IMG/VR virus record: IMGVR_UViG_3300049595_004693
Span: 14,804 to 78,803 of that record
Origin: a virus
Length of the DNA: 64,000 bases
Direction: 5' to 3' (one strand)
Shown here: positions 26,657 to 36,122 of the stretch, one piece after another
Numbering within the stretch: the first letter of the stretch is position 1
How the letters are laid out: the number at the start of each line of letters is the position of its first letter
Notes under the pieces: model-generated
Database searches by the model: none
The model's input: the letters and a program-made list of their open reading frames with translations, nothing else
What the model was told of the DNA's origin: nothing
Position numbers and translations under genes: made by a program

Positions 26657-26861
26657 GATTAATCCTCCTGCTTACGCGAGCTATTTTGTTACGCACATTA
26701 CGTTTTGCCTTATCCACACACTTTTGTTTAGGCGCTCGGCGCATTAAAGCCCTTAGACGACGAAACTCCTTACGATTGAGTTTTGGGGCCTTAAGCTGAG
26801 GCGTGCTCGCGTTCGCTTCGGCTGTAGAAAGCTCTCCAAGTTCGGTGATATCAGTGCTCAT
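26643..26861 (-). CDS. basic hypothetical protein
   Basis: Coupled ORF. Confidence 0.55.
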   Translation of the reverse strand: MSTDITELGELSTAEANASTPQLKAPKLNRKEFRRLRALMRRAPKQKCVDKAKRNVRNKIARVSRRINRAKC

Positions 26862-27079
26862 TCAATAGCTTCTTTCTTTTTTGTTGATTTAAATGGTTCA
26901 GGAGCCTGAATCCACTCAGGCACCATTTCTAATTTTACAACGCCACATTTCTTAGCGCAAGTAGAATATTTTAAAAGCTGAGCTACAGAGGAATATGCCT
27001 CAACATAGTGTTTATCTACACCCTCCGATAGAGTGGTGCCACAAACATACCACACTTGTTTTTTTTCTTTATTTTTCAA
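26858..27079 (-). CDS. hypothetical protein
   Basis: Coupled ORF. Confidence 0.55.
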   Translation of the reverse strand: MKNKEKKQVWYVCGTTLSEGVDKHYVEAYSSVAQLLKYSTCAKKCGVVKLEMVPEWIQAPEPFKSTKKKEAIE

Positions 27080-27351
27080 AATGGCTCCCTTTCGATGGCT
27101 TGTTGTAATTTCACCTCAAGAAGTTTTAGCAAATTCAAAATATCGGTGGTAATATCGCCATTAAGCATATCATCCATTTCTACTTCTCCATGTACCGACA
27201 AAAGTACCTGACCGTGGGCAGGGACGCCCACCACCGCAAACATGGTAATGATAAAAATGTCGCGGTCTTCCTCTTCACGAACGACAACTTGATAGCGTGA
27301 GTTGTAGTTTTTGATAGTGTTTTCGAGAGCTTGTTGAAGAGCTTCTACCAT
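27076..27351 (-). CDS. hypothetical protein
   Basis: Extended -10 (TGaTATACT) 7 nt before the ATG. Confidence 0.65.
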   Translation of the reverse strand: MVEALQQALENTIKNYNSRYQVVVREEEDRDIFIITMFAVVGVPAHGQVLLSVHGEVEMDDMLNGDITTDILNLLKLLEVKLQQAIEREPF

Positions 27352-27500
27352 ATCCTATAGTATATCAGTAAATTTTGCGTTTCGCCAGTTAAAAATCAAA
27401 AAGTTTACGCTCAAGCCACGGTCCCCCGCAGACAATTCTTAAAAATCGCAAATAAGGAAAAATGAAAATAGCAAGTGCTTGTAATATTAAGTAATTATTT

Positions 27501-28178
27501 TTAGGAATTTTGCCACATCGCAGAGCCTAGCTCAGGATATTGCTCAGATACGACAGATTTGATGGCAAGTGCGATATCTCTATGCTCTTTTTGTGTGGTA
27601 GGATCAGTGCGTACCTCGATATAGTGCAACCAGCTTCTAACGGATCCGGTCATAAATAAGGTGGTTTCTGTGGAAAGAGGAAGCACCATGCGAGCCTGTT
27701 CCTTTGCCACTCCCTTCTGAAGGGCCGTATTGTAAATTTCCATAGATTTTTCAGCTAGTTGCTTCTGAGCCTCTGCAAACCACATCTGGTCTTCGTCACT
27801 CATGTCGTCGATGCTATTTTGGCGGTTCTTAGAGTCCTGCCTTCTAGCCTTATACGCGATAGTATTAGTAGCTACTTGGTATCTTTGAGAAAATTCTTGA
27901 AAAACAAACGATCGGTGGCGCAAAATCTGAGCGGCTATTGCGCGGCTTGTAGTTATCTTGAAGGTAAGGTAGGCGTGCTCAAACGGACTCCAGTGCTTGT
28001 GCTTAATTAGATATCTAAGTAGCTTGGGCGCCGTCTCGTGGTTCATTTGATTAGTGGGATTACTCACCCGCGCCACATAAGCTATGAACTCATTAGGGCT
28101 CATCCCGTCATGAGCACCCGGCTGTGGGACGGCGGAGGTCTGGGCTACGAGCTGTACGCTAAAAGACGTGTCTTTCAT
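27501..28178 (-). CDS. thyX: FAD-dependent thymidylate synthase
   Basis: HWSPFEH, RAIAAQILRHRSFVFQEFSQRY, EQARMVLP, TQKEHR. Confidence 0.96.
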   Translation of the reverse strand: MKDTSFSVQLVAQTSAVPQPGAHDGMSPNEFIAYVARVSNPTNQMNHETAPKLLRYLIKHKHWSPFEHAYLTFKITTSRAIAAQILRHRSFVFQEFSQRYQVATNTIAYKARRQDSKNRQNSIDDMSDEDQMWFAEAQKQLAEKSMEIYNTALQKGVAKEQARMVLPLSTETTLFMTGSVRSWLHYIEVRTDPTTQKEHRDIALAIKSVVSEQYPELGSAMWQNS

Positions 28179-28458
28179 GGGCGATCCTCAGTTGCATTGA
28201 TGTCCACTTCAAAGGTTGGATTGCCGGGAGCAGTTTTAGGGCGGCCGACTCGTCGAGCACCACCTGACACTCTTCACCTCTTGCGATGTCCTTACCAAAT
28301 TGCTTAGCCGCACTTTGATTATACACTATGAATAGATAAAATCCTGGAGAGTATACAGACACCTCTCCACGTCTACCAACAAGCACAGCCTCTTTAGTTT
28401 TTTTGTGCTCTACACAGGAATAGCCTAGAATTTTTTTAGAACATTCCTTCCAGTTCAT
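28159..28458 (-). CDS. hypothetical protein
   Basis: Coupled ORF. Confidence 0.6.
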   Translation of the reverse strand: MNWKECSKKILGYSCVEHKKTKEAVLVGRRGEVSVYSPGFYLFIVYNQSAAKQFGKDIARGEECQVVLDESAALKLLPAIQPLKWTSMQLRIAHERHVF

Positions 28459-28676
28459 GCATCCTCATAATAACGAATCGTATACCATCCTTGAGTGGTG
28501 CGAACAGAGAGTGTTCCTTGCGTATAATCGGTAGCCTCTACTAATCCTAACTGCATTTCTCCAGAGTTGGCCATAAATCTAAAAGATTGCCCTAGAATTG
28601 GCAAAGATCGTAATGTGCCGAAATCCAAATAGTAATACTGATCGTTTTCGTATTTATAAATATACCCATCAATCAT
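28455..28676 (-). CDS. hypothetical protein
   Basis: Coupled ORF. Confidence 0.6.
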   Translation of the reverse strand: MIDGYIYKYENDQYYYLDFGTLRSLPILGQSFRFMANSGEMQLGLVEATDYTQGTLSVRTTQGWYTIRYYEDA

Positions 28677-28929
28677 CCGTAACCTCGTCGTATTTGTAAA
28701 AAGCGATCACGCTGTCTGCAATCTTCTTAGCTTCTTCTTTTCCAGTCATCTCATAAATATACAATGCTGCAGCAGCTACCGGAATGCCTGTCATAATACT
28801 GGCATTATTTATAGCGTCCATGATTGGAATAGTGTTGCCTCTATGTTCCATATAAGATTTGATAACTGGAAAAGCTACTCGATAGAGTTTTAAGCTAAGC
28901 CTCACTACAAGCCACCATGTCTCGCGCAA
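28669..28929 (-). CDS. hypothetical protein
   Basis: ORF in the operon; start uncertain. Confidence 0.55.
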   Translation of the reverse strand: MRETWWLVVRLSLKLYRVAFPVIKSYMEHRGNTIPIMDAINNASIMTGIPVAAAALYIYEMTGKEEAKKIADSVIAFYKYDEVTDD

Positions 28930-29065
28930 TTTTATCTAATAGCTCAGAAAAATGCTCATCTTTTTCTTTAGTAAGTGGTCCAAACGACACTTCTTCCTCA
29001 ATAGCACGCAGCGCTTCTGTAAAAGTCATTTTTTCTAAAGCATAATCAACACAGATTCTACACAT
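28895..29065 (-). CDS. small hypothetical protein (MCxxC start)
   Basis: Likely start ATG 29065. Confidence 0.55.
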   Translation of the reverse strand: MCRICVDYALEKMTFTEALRAIEEEVSFGPLTKEKDEHFSELLDKIARDMVACSEA

Positions 29066-29256
29066 TATGAAGTTACCGCTAAAAATAAAAGAATTAAACC
29101 TACCGCCACTAGTCCCCAAAGTGCTTTTATTTCTTCTTTGTTCATTGACGAGTCCCCAAACCATCACAACCAGCTATATCAGGATTTTTTTTACAACGAG
29201 TAGTCACTTCATCTGTGATATCTTTGCCGTTATGATAATATCTTACAGAAACACAA

Positions 29257-29523
29257 CTACTCGTAAATATCGCCATTAGCATCAATAGCATCATCTTCAT
29301 ATTCCGAAACCTGCCTACGATAAAATTCTAATTTAGCTGACTCAAGTACGCCAATGATTTCATTGAGCGCCGTATAATTAACCTTTCCAACAGTATTCAG
29401 CCTAGCCAAACACAATTGAGAAATAAGGTAATTAAGTTCTCCGGGAGATTCAATCGGACCGTCAAAAAATCCAGCCACCAACGGTTCTAATTCCTGGCGC
29501 AGCTCTTGTTTAATATACGGCAT
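29257..29523 (-). CDS. conserved phage protein of unknown function
   Basis: MPYIK...PGELNY...LESAKLEFYRR...YED....NGDIY, a recurrent phage family pattern. Confidence 0.8.
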   Translation of the reverse strand: MPYIKQELRQELEPLVAGFFDGPIESPGELNYLISQLCLARLNTVGKVNYTALNEIIGVLESAKLEFYRRQVSEYEDDAIDANGDIYE

Positions 29524-29743
29524 CCTCTAACTCCTTCATAAACTTAGTCATCTTTTTGGTGCATGTGGACCAATCTTTGGTTTGCTCTACACATCCTAGT
29601 CTATACGATTCTGCAGCACTTGTCAAGTGGGCTCTTTTAAGATTCTCTGGATCGTATATGATCGAGTGGGCGTATAAATCTAGCAACACCCCCACACTAA
29701 ATGCCGCGGTCAATCTTACGGATGTCGGAATCGACCATTTCAT
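29510..29743 (-). CDS. small membrane-anchored protein
   Basis: N-terminal hydrophobic segment. Confidence 0.55.
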   Translation of the reverse strand: MKWSIPTSVRLTAAFSVGVLLDLYAHSIIYDPENLKRAHLTSAAESYRLGCVEQTKDWSTCTKKMTKFMKELEDAVY

Positions 29744-30680
29744 GTATCATCTCCTCAAATGAAATCAAAGGCTCCCAACCCAACACATTGAGAGCTTTTG
29801 AGGCGTCCCCTAAAAGAACATCTACCTCAGATGGACGCTTTAGCGTTTCGTCAACAACTACGTAATCTCTCCAATTAAGGTCAACTGAGGAAAATGCTAC
29901 GTCTAGCAAATACTCTACGGAGTAGGTACACCCGGTGGCTAAAACATAATCATCCGGCCGTTCGTGTTGTAGCATTTTCCACATTCCCGATACATAATCT
30001 ACAGCATGTCCCCAGTCTCTATGGGCGGAAAGATTTCCTAAGTGCAGCTTATCTCTGCGCTTTCTTAAAATCTCCGCCACCGCCTTGGTCACTTTGCGAG
30101 TTACAAACTCTTCACCCCTTCGCGGCGACTCGTGATTAAAAAGGATCCCACTACAAGCAAATAATCCGTAGGACTCTCTATAGTTCTTAGTGATCCAGTG
30201 TGAAAATAACTTAGCACATCCGTATGGAGATCTAGGATAGAACGGCGTGGTCTCATTCTGAGCAGGTTCCTGTACTTTTCCATACATCTCTGAAGAAGAT
30301 GCCTGGTAAAATTTAATGTCGGCATTCTTTAGGTCGGTGCCATGAACCGTGCGAATAGCTTCAAGTATACGTAGTGTTCCTACTCCAGTAATGTCTGCAG
30401 TAAGTACCGGGGTATTAAAGGAGGTGCCCACGTGACTTTGCGCGGCCAAGTTGTACACCTCTTGAGCACCTGAAACCTCTAGAGCGTTGGTAAGCGAGCC
30501 GCTGTCAGTGAGGTCGGCTGAAATAAATTTAATATCTTTCTCAATATGTGCAATATTATCTAGATTGGGCCGGGACGCGCGTCGCACAGTACCAAAAACT
30601 TCATAATTTTTTTGCAAGAGAAGTTCAGCCAGATATGACCCATCCTGACCTGTAATTCCAGTAATCAATGCTTTTTTCAT
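29697..30680 (-). CDS. gmd: GDP-mannose 4,6-dehydratase
   Basis: [49 protein letters not shown]. Confidence 0.97.
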   Translation of the reverse strand: MKKALITGITGQDGSYLAELLLQKNYEVFGTVRRASRPNLDNIAHIEKDIKFISADLTDSGSLTNALEVSGAQEVYNLAAQSHVGTSFNTPVLTADITGVGTLRILEAIRTVHGTDLKNADIKFYQASSSEMYGKVQEPAQNETTPFYPRSPYGCAKLFSHWITKNYRESYGLFACSGILFNHESPRRGEEFVTRKVTKAVAEILRKRRDKLHLGNLSAHRDWGHAVDYVSGMWKMLQHERPDDYVLATGCTYSVEYLLDVAFSSVDLNWRDYVVVDETLKRPSEVDVLLGDASKALNVLGWEPLISFEEMIHEMVDSDIRKIDRGI

Positions 30681-31873
30681 TCTGTATATCCTAATAGTAC
30701 ATCAACATATTCATGAATTGCGTAAGCCGGTAGTTTGTGAGGAGGAAGCCCTATATATAATCCAGCGCTATGCACTCTTTCCGCCCCAGGAAGCGTATCC
30801 GCTGGAGGGAATACAAAAGTGGTTTCTTGAAGCATGGGCTGTCGTAAGAAGTTGCCGCTCACGATAGGGCGATTATCCATGCCATTCTTAAGAAGATAGT
30901 CAGAATATTTCTTTCTATCATAATCTGTCATGAAAGGAAATCCAAACCAGGCGGCCGTGACACCGCGAGAAGCCAGAGGAAAGGTGAGCTGTCCCTTGAA
31001 TCGGTTGTCGGAAGTGAGAGCTTCGATCAGCGCTTCGCGATTATACACCCTGGCTGCATTCATTTCTTCAATCTTCTTAAGCTGCACCACCCCAATCGCA
31101 GCGTTGATGTCGGTTGGTCGCAAATTAAATCCAGCTTCTAAAAACAAGAATCTAGGGTCTACGTCCGGAGCATATCGTGTATACATTTCTTTTAGATCTT
31201 GGCGAAGATCACGCACCCACCCGTGACTCCTAAGCATTAAAAGCAACGAATAGATTTGATGGTGATTAGTAACGACGTATCCGCCCTCACCCGTTGTGAT
31301 ATGGTGAGAAAAGTAAGAGCTAAACGTACCCATAGCCCCAAACGTGCCTAGCTTTTTGTTATTAAACGAAGAGCCCATACTTTCGCAGGTGTCTTCAATT
31401 AGCAGCAGTTTATTATCACTTACAAATTCCATAACGGAATCCATGCTAGCGCTGTTGCCTAAAATATGTACCGCTAAAAGAGCTTTAGTTTTATCTGTGA
31501 GTTTTGAACGAGCGGAGGCTAAGTCGATGTTTAAAGTTCTATGATCAACGTCTACGAATACAGGTTTAAGACCTAGTTGAATAATAGGAGCGACCGAGGT
31601 GGCCCAAGCGACGGCTGGCACAAGTACCTCGTCTCCGTTTTCTAGCCTACGCTCTTTAGGAAAATAGGAGCTTTTGGTGGCGGCCAAAGCCAGTAAGTTA
31701 GCGGAGGATCCGCTGTTTACCATGATGCAATACTTAGCTCCTACGTATTTCGCAAACGCTTCTTCCATCTCTTTGGTTTTAGGTCCCATAGTAAGCATCC
31801 CGCTTTTGATGACAGAAATAGCGGCTTCTTTTTCGGCTGCAGTAATCGTATCGAACGCCATTGGGAATTTCAT
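30677..31873 (-). CDS. DegT-family PLP enzyme, ColD-type GDP-4-keto-6-deoxymannose 3-dehydratase
   Basis: [32 protein letters not shown] with His in place of the Schiff-base Lys, RSHGW. Confidence 0.85.
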   Translation of the reverse strand: MKFPMAFDTITAAEKEAAISVIKSGMLTMGPKTKEMEEAFAKYVGAKYCIMVNSGSSANLLALAATKSSYFPKERRLENGDEVLVPAVAWATSVAPIIQLGLKPVFVDVDHRTLNIDLASARSKLTDKTKALLAVHILGNSASMDSVMEFVSDNKLLLIEDTCESMGSSFNNKKLGTFGAMGTFSSYFSHHITTGEGGYVVTNHHQIYSLLLMLRSHGWVRDLRQDLKEMYTRYAPDVDPRFLFLEAGFNLRPTDINAAIGVVQLKKIEEMNAARVYNREALIEALTSDNRFKGQLTFPLASRGVTAAWFGFPFMTDYDRKKYSDYLLKNGMDNRPIVSGNFLRQPMLQETTFVFPPADTLPGAERVHSAGLYIGLPPHKLPAYAIHEYVDVLLGYTE

Positions 31874-32955
31874 TTTAGCAGAATCTCCAGAGATTTGCCA
31901 TAAGCTAATCCATTTAGCGGATTAAACCCGACAACATTACCTTCATAACGATTAGAAGGAAAATCATCGAATAAAAACTCATCGCGCATAACCACACTCC
32001 AATCAATCTTACTAGAGGCAGGGGAAGCGGATTCTGTGATGAGAGAGGCTGAATGCAAATCTGCATGAGCACTAGTATGCAGTACATAATTAAAGAACTT
32101 TTGATTAACTACTCCGGATTCTTTCATAAGAGCTGCAAACATTGGATTTGCTGAGGAGTAACTCTGTGCAGCTACAAATCGCATACCAAGTTTTGCAAGT
32201 TTACTTTGAAAAGCTTTGATTATGAGTTGATAACCAACCATACAAGTGTATTCAATAAAATAAAGTCGACGATTTTTAGCGTGATATGTAATAGGTGCTA
32301 TAAAAAGCAAAAACCAACCTTCTAAAAACAGTTTTTTAGTAAAGATCTTTTTAAAGATTTTGCGGTTGGTAACTAAATAGGCGGCTGCCAACACTCCGCT
32401 AAAAAATACAGCATCCACTCCAGTAGAAATAACTCTTTGTTTACCGTAAGGAGTATTATTATATACAGTATAATTATTACGAATAAGCTTAATTACGGCT
32501 CTAATAAAATGACGTTTTACCTTACGCGATATTGGACCTTGAGTGATACCTAGACATACTCCAAGCACAGCTTCAATTGGAGTAGTAACATCTCCACCTC
32601 CACTATCGTTGCGTGTAAATACGCCATATTTATCAATAAAATTAGAAGAACCGCTAATAAGTGCTGGAGCAGGGTTGGCCCAAACCATAGCGCCGTGTCG
32701 AATAGCTTGATGGTCTCCTACCCCATGAATATTAGAAAAAGTTCTACGGGTTATATAGGAAGCTCCTATAGTTTTGCCCGGACGAACATAATCAGTAGCC
32801 ATAGATCGCAGTTTTAAAATATCTTTATAAATAACAGAAAGATCAGGACGAGCTGTATAGTTGCCAAAAGGAATACGAGCTTGATATATGCGATAAAAGC
32901 CAACTAATGGAATTAAAATAGCCTTGAGTGGTAAAGTTAAATAAAACCAAAACAT
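31870..32955 (-). CDS. hypothetical membrane-associated protein in the sugar cluster
   Basis: 361 aa with several hydrophobic segments; no motif recognised. Confidence 0.7.
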   Translation of the reverse strand: MFWFYLTLPLKAILIPLVGFYRIYQARIPFGNYTARPDLSVIYKDILKLRSMATDYVRPGKTIGASYITRRTFSNIHGVGDHQAIRHGAMVWANPAPALISGSSNFIDKYGVFTRNDSGGGDVTTPIEAVLGVCLGITQGPISRKVKRHFIRAVIKLIRNNYTVYNNTPYGKQRVISTGVDAVFFSGVLAAAYLVTNRKIFKKIFTKKLFLEGWFLLFIAPITYHAKNRRLYFIEYTCMVGYQLIIKAFQSKLAKLGMRFVAAQSYSSANPMFAALMKESGVVNQKFFNYVLHTSAHADLHSASLITESASPASSKIDWSVVMRDEFLFDDFPSNRYEGNVVGFNPLNGLAYGKSLEILLK

Positions 32956-33386
32956 TAGAAAAAAGTTCCTCTTTTGGAGTCTGAAATAATTTTAATACGT
33001 AAATTAATACTATTTTGCAAAGGCGCGTTAGGAAATTCTTTGTCTAATACGTGCGATGAAGTATGCGCATAATATACATCAAACTCTTTGAATAAACGAA
33101 TACCTAATTTATAGTTATATTCTACAGTTTGATGACTTCCTTTAGCCATTAGTGTGGTAACGTTATTTTCATATAATAAATATGTGTTAATAGAAATGTC
33201 TAAATTTAGATCCAGTCTAGATTCTGGTGCAACAGGAGACCACGGATGTCGAGTAACCCCATAGTACCAAAAATGTTCTAAATTAAGATTATCCACTTTA
33301 AAAAGTGGGTCGGCGTTGGCTGGCAGCGACGGTAATAAGATTAAGATAAGAAGAAACAAATTTTTGATACGATCTTTCAGTTTCAT
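32955..33386 (-). CDS. exported protein, possible small outer-membrane beta-barrel
   Basis: Signal peptide (ANA/DP), amphipathic strands, C-terminal Phe; start uncertain. Confidence 0.6.
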   Translation of the reverse strand: MKLKDRIKNLFLLILILLPSLPANADPLFKVDNLNLEHFWYYGVTRHPWSPVAPESRLDLNLDISINTYLLYENNVTTLMAKGSHQTVEYNYKLGIRLFKEFDVYYAHTSSHVLDKEFPNAPLQNSINLRIKIISDSKRGTFF

Positions 33387-34371
33387 ATAGCCGCTTAGCC
33401 TCTTTCCCAAACGATTCTCGTTTGTCTTTATCAGTATACAACAAATCTAGCTTTTTGGCAAGCTCTTTGTAGTTTTCATTAGGAAATATATACCCAGTCT
33501 TTCCGTCAAGCACCGCCTCATCAAGCGCCCCCACATCAGAGCTAATTACCGGCTTACCTAGAGCCTGCGCCTCAATGACTACAGTAGCAATAAGCTCGTC
33601 TCTAGAAGGCATAATCAGCGCGTCGCAGTGCTGCAGTACGGCGGCTTTGGAAGACTCGTTGAGCACGCCAGTAAATTTTACAGACTTAATACCTCTAGTG
33701 TTAAGAGTTTCATTAAGTTTATTAAAGTAATTTTGATCTAGAGTTCTGCCAGAGATAATAACCTTGACATTAGTTCGCACCTCTTCCATAGCTCGTATGA
33801 GAACATCCTGCCCCTTACGAGGCTCGATGCTTCCTAGCTGCAAAACGTAGAGCGCTTCGGGGTCTTTCTCAAAAGGAACAACGTAGTTGTCGCTAGGTTT
33901 TATTGTAGTACCTGTATAAATTACATTAGCCTTATCTAAATCTATAAATCTTGCGTAGTTTTTTACGGACCATTTAGAAGGAAATATCGTGAACGTGGCC
34001 ATCCTAAGAGCGTTTCTAATAATTGGATTGTTGGTTGTCATCTGAACGCCAAACTCAGGCTCGTGTATTCCCCAAAGTACGGGTGTCCTAGCTGCGTTAA
34101 CGCCATAAATACAGTTATACCCAATAAGTGTGTTCACTAATGCAACATCAACTTGTTGGGCTAGGGCGTAGCTGGCCGAAGGGTCGGTGAGAATGCTTGG
34201 AATTACTCTAACCACTACTCCCATCTTTTCGTATAGTTCTTTTTGTGGTCCGTCTGACGCAGACACCACAAATACTTTATAACCTAGCCGGACTAGCTCA
34301 GAGCTTAAATTAAAGCATGCAGCAGGGACGCCACTGAAGGCAAGCTCATTTACGATCATTAAGATTTTCAC
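33298..34371 (-). CDS. GT-B glycosyltransferase (GT4-like)
   Basis: MKILMI...SGV, GSIEPRKGQD, PSRDE..ATVVIEAQALGKPVISSDVG. Confidence 0.93.
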   Translation of the reverse strand: MKILMIVNELAFSGVPAACFNLSSELVRLGYKVFVVSASDGPQKELYEKMGVVVRVIPSILTDPSASYALAQQVDVALVNTLIGYNCIYGVNAARTPVLWGIHEPEFGVQMTTNNPIIRNALRMATFTIFPSKWSVKNYARFIDLDKANVIYTGTTIKPSDNYVVPFEKDPEALYVLQLGSIEPRKGQDVLIRAMEEVRTNVKVIISGRTLDQNYFNKLNETLNTRGIKSVKFTGVLNESSKAAVLQHCDALIMPSRDELIATVVIEAQALGKPVISSDVGALDEAVLDGKTGYIFPNENYKELAKKLDLLYTDKDKRESFGKEAKRLYETERSYQKFVSSYLNLITVAASQRRPTF

Positions 34372-35354
34372 TTAATTAAGCTCCTAAAGATTTCTTCTCG
34401 TTGTTTATTAACGATAGTTAAATTAAGATTTGTCTTAATATATTCTAAGCTCTCATTTCTAAGTTTTAGTAGTTGCTTAGGAGAAGTGAGCAACATATCA
34501 AGCTTTTCTTGAAAGTCGTCCACATCTTTATATCTAGTAGCGCCAGGTACGCTCCACGCTTCCCAGTCAGGGACTAGCGCCGCCGCTCCTGCCATAGTCC
34601 CTTCTAACCAGGCAATGTTTGATTTAGATTTATTAAATTTATTATCCTTGAGCGGTACAAAAATTAGATCTGGTCGAAGCAGTCCCAAGTTTTTATGATA
34701 GCTGTACCAAGAACGACCTCCGTGAAATGTGGCCGCGGGGAGAGCTTCTTGTAAGAACCACGGTCTATCACCATAAATATGCCAACGCCAATCATCATGC
34801 TGTGCGGCATTTTCTTTAATAGGGGCCAAATGGCTCATCAAATCAGCTACGTGGCTGGTAGATCCGCGCCACAGCACGTTCTTGTATATTTTATTTTTTT
34901 CGTAAATAGGGATAAATCTCTCGTCCCATGCGTTAGGAACAACCGAAATGTTTTTTGAAAATGGCCGGAGCTGCTCCGCAAGATGGTTGGTGGTCACCAT
35001 CGTGTGATCGGCGAGTTGCAGGCATTTACGATATGATTCTTGAATAGCTGGTTGATTATATGTGCCAGCTACGGGGTTGTCTGGCGTAACGCAGGAAAGA
35101 TCGTCATCTAGATCTAACACGATGGGCTTATTCATCTCCTTTACCAAAATCATCGTCTCTAGGTGCTTTGGTGTAAACGGTCGATGCATAAAAATAAGAT
35201 CGTGTAAAGAAATATCTACCCAATTGGGTGTAACGCCCTCCGGAATATAGACAATCTCAAATTTATCCTTAAGCGCCGTCAGCGGTCCCAATGCTCGCCA
35301 AGAAGAAACTGGGTCGTGAGGAATAGGTGATATTACTAAAATTTTGGCCAGCAT
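34368..35354 (-). CDS. GT-B glycosyltransferase, phage type
   Basis: DLDDDL, VVPNAWD, WRGSTSH, PLKDNKFNKSKSNIAWLE. Confidence 0.85.
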   Translation of the reverse strand: MLAKILVISPIPHDPVSSWRALGPLTALKDKFEIVYIPEGVTPNWVDISLHDLIFMHRPFTPKHLETMILVKEMNKPIVLDLDDDLSCVTPDNPVAGTYNQPAIQESYRKCLQLADHTMVTTNHLAEQLRPFSKNISVVPNAWDERFIPIYEKNKIYKNVLWRGSTSHVADLMSHLAPIKENAAQHDDWRWHIYGDRPWFLQEALPAATFHGGRSWYSYHKNLGLLRPDLIFVPLKDNKFNKSKSNIAWLEGTMAGAAALVPDWEAWSVPGATRYKDVDDFQEKLDMLLTSPKQLLKLRNESLEYIKTNLNLTIVNKQREEIFRSLIK

Positions 35355-35360
35355 ATTAAT

Positions 35361-35389
35361 AGGTTATCATAAAATACAACAACAGTCAA
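35361..35389 (-). promoter_or_regulatory. sigma70-type promoter of the glycosylation operon, leaderless
   Basis: TTGACT-17 nt-(TGa)TAACCT, then 6 nt, then ATG. Confidence 0.7.
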
Positions 35390-35401
35390 TATTTAATTAG
35401 C

Positions 35402-35411
35402 TAACAAGTTA
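35402..35411 (+). promoter_or_regulatory. late-promoter motif TAACAAGTTA (terminase operon)
   Basis: Exact 10-mer at the strand switch. Confidence 0.75.
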
Positions 35412-35512
35412 GAATAGGAGAGTTTAGGCAATACGAACTCCGGCTAGTGCTGGTCAGCTCATAGAGCAATTAATGTCGTTTACGCCAAAGATTCTTTTAC
35501 CAAGGAGCGGTT

Positions 35513-35767
35513 ATGAAGATTAATTTAATTAGTATTGCTTTTATAGCGTTTGGCGTAAAACTGATGTTTTCGCCCGGAACTAGTGAAAGCGTGGCTTTTG
35601 TGTCCGTAGCCGCTCTGCTGGGACTGCAAGAGCTTTACATTCAGCGTCTATTTTCTAAAAAACAAACTCAACAGCTTGAAGAAATGCAGAAGTCGGTGGA
35701 TCAGCTAAAAACCGAAATGTCCGCTATTAAAATTAGCCAAAGCTGGAAAAATTTAAAGAATGGATGA
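35513..35767 (+). CDS. two-TM membrane protein with coiled-coil tail
   Basis: Two hydrophobic helices; AAGGAG SD. Confidence 0.7.
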   Translation: MKINLISIAFIAFGVKLMFSPGTSESVAFVSVAALLGLQELYIQRLFSKKQTQQLEEMQKSVDQLKTEMSAIKISQSWKNLKNG

Positions 35768-36122
35768 CGTAAAGTCCATATCAAAAAAATTTAATAAGTC
35801 TATGGAGATTGTGGAGCTTCGCGCTCAGTTAGCGGAAGCGCACGCCATTATTACCGAATTGCGCAACAAGCTTGCGCTACGACCCGCCGTAGAGGAATCT
35901 CTAAAGACTCCCGAAGAAGTTCTATGTCAGGTAGAGATTGAAAAGCTCAGGCAGTTAGCTGAGCATCGCCCTCTCTCTCCTCCAGAAACTAAGCAACTTG
36001 AAGTGTACATCAAGATGCTTTATTTAATCCGCTCTAGCGCTCCTAAAACATTTGACGGCTCTGTAAAAGATCTAGCTTCCATAGAAGAGGCTGAGCTGCT
36101 TAACTTGGCCAAGTTGGACTAG
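35760..36122 (+). CDS. putative terminase small subunit
   Basis: Helical 120-aa ORF directly upstream of TerL; call is positional only. Confidence 0.45.
   Translation: MDDVKSISKKFNKSMEIVELRAQLAEAHAIITELRNKLALRPAVEESLKTPEEVLCQVEIEKLRQLAEHRPLSPPETKQLEVYIKMLYLIRSSAPKTFDGSVKDLASIEEAELLNLAKLD

Noticed and set aside
1051-31925. Plus-strand ORFs of the track inside the minus-strand blocks, and the reverse in the late region
   Set aside because: They are antisense or off-frame shadows of well-supported genes. The exceptions are the HNH at 21601 and the small ORF at 50083.
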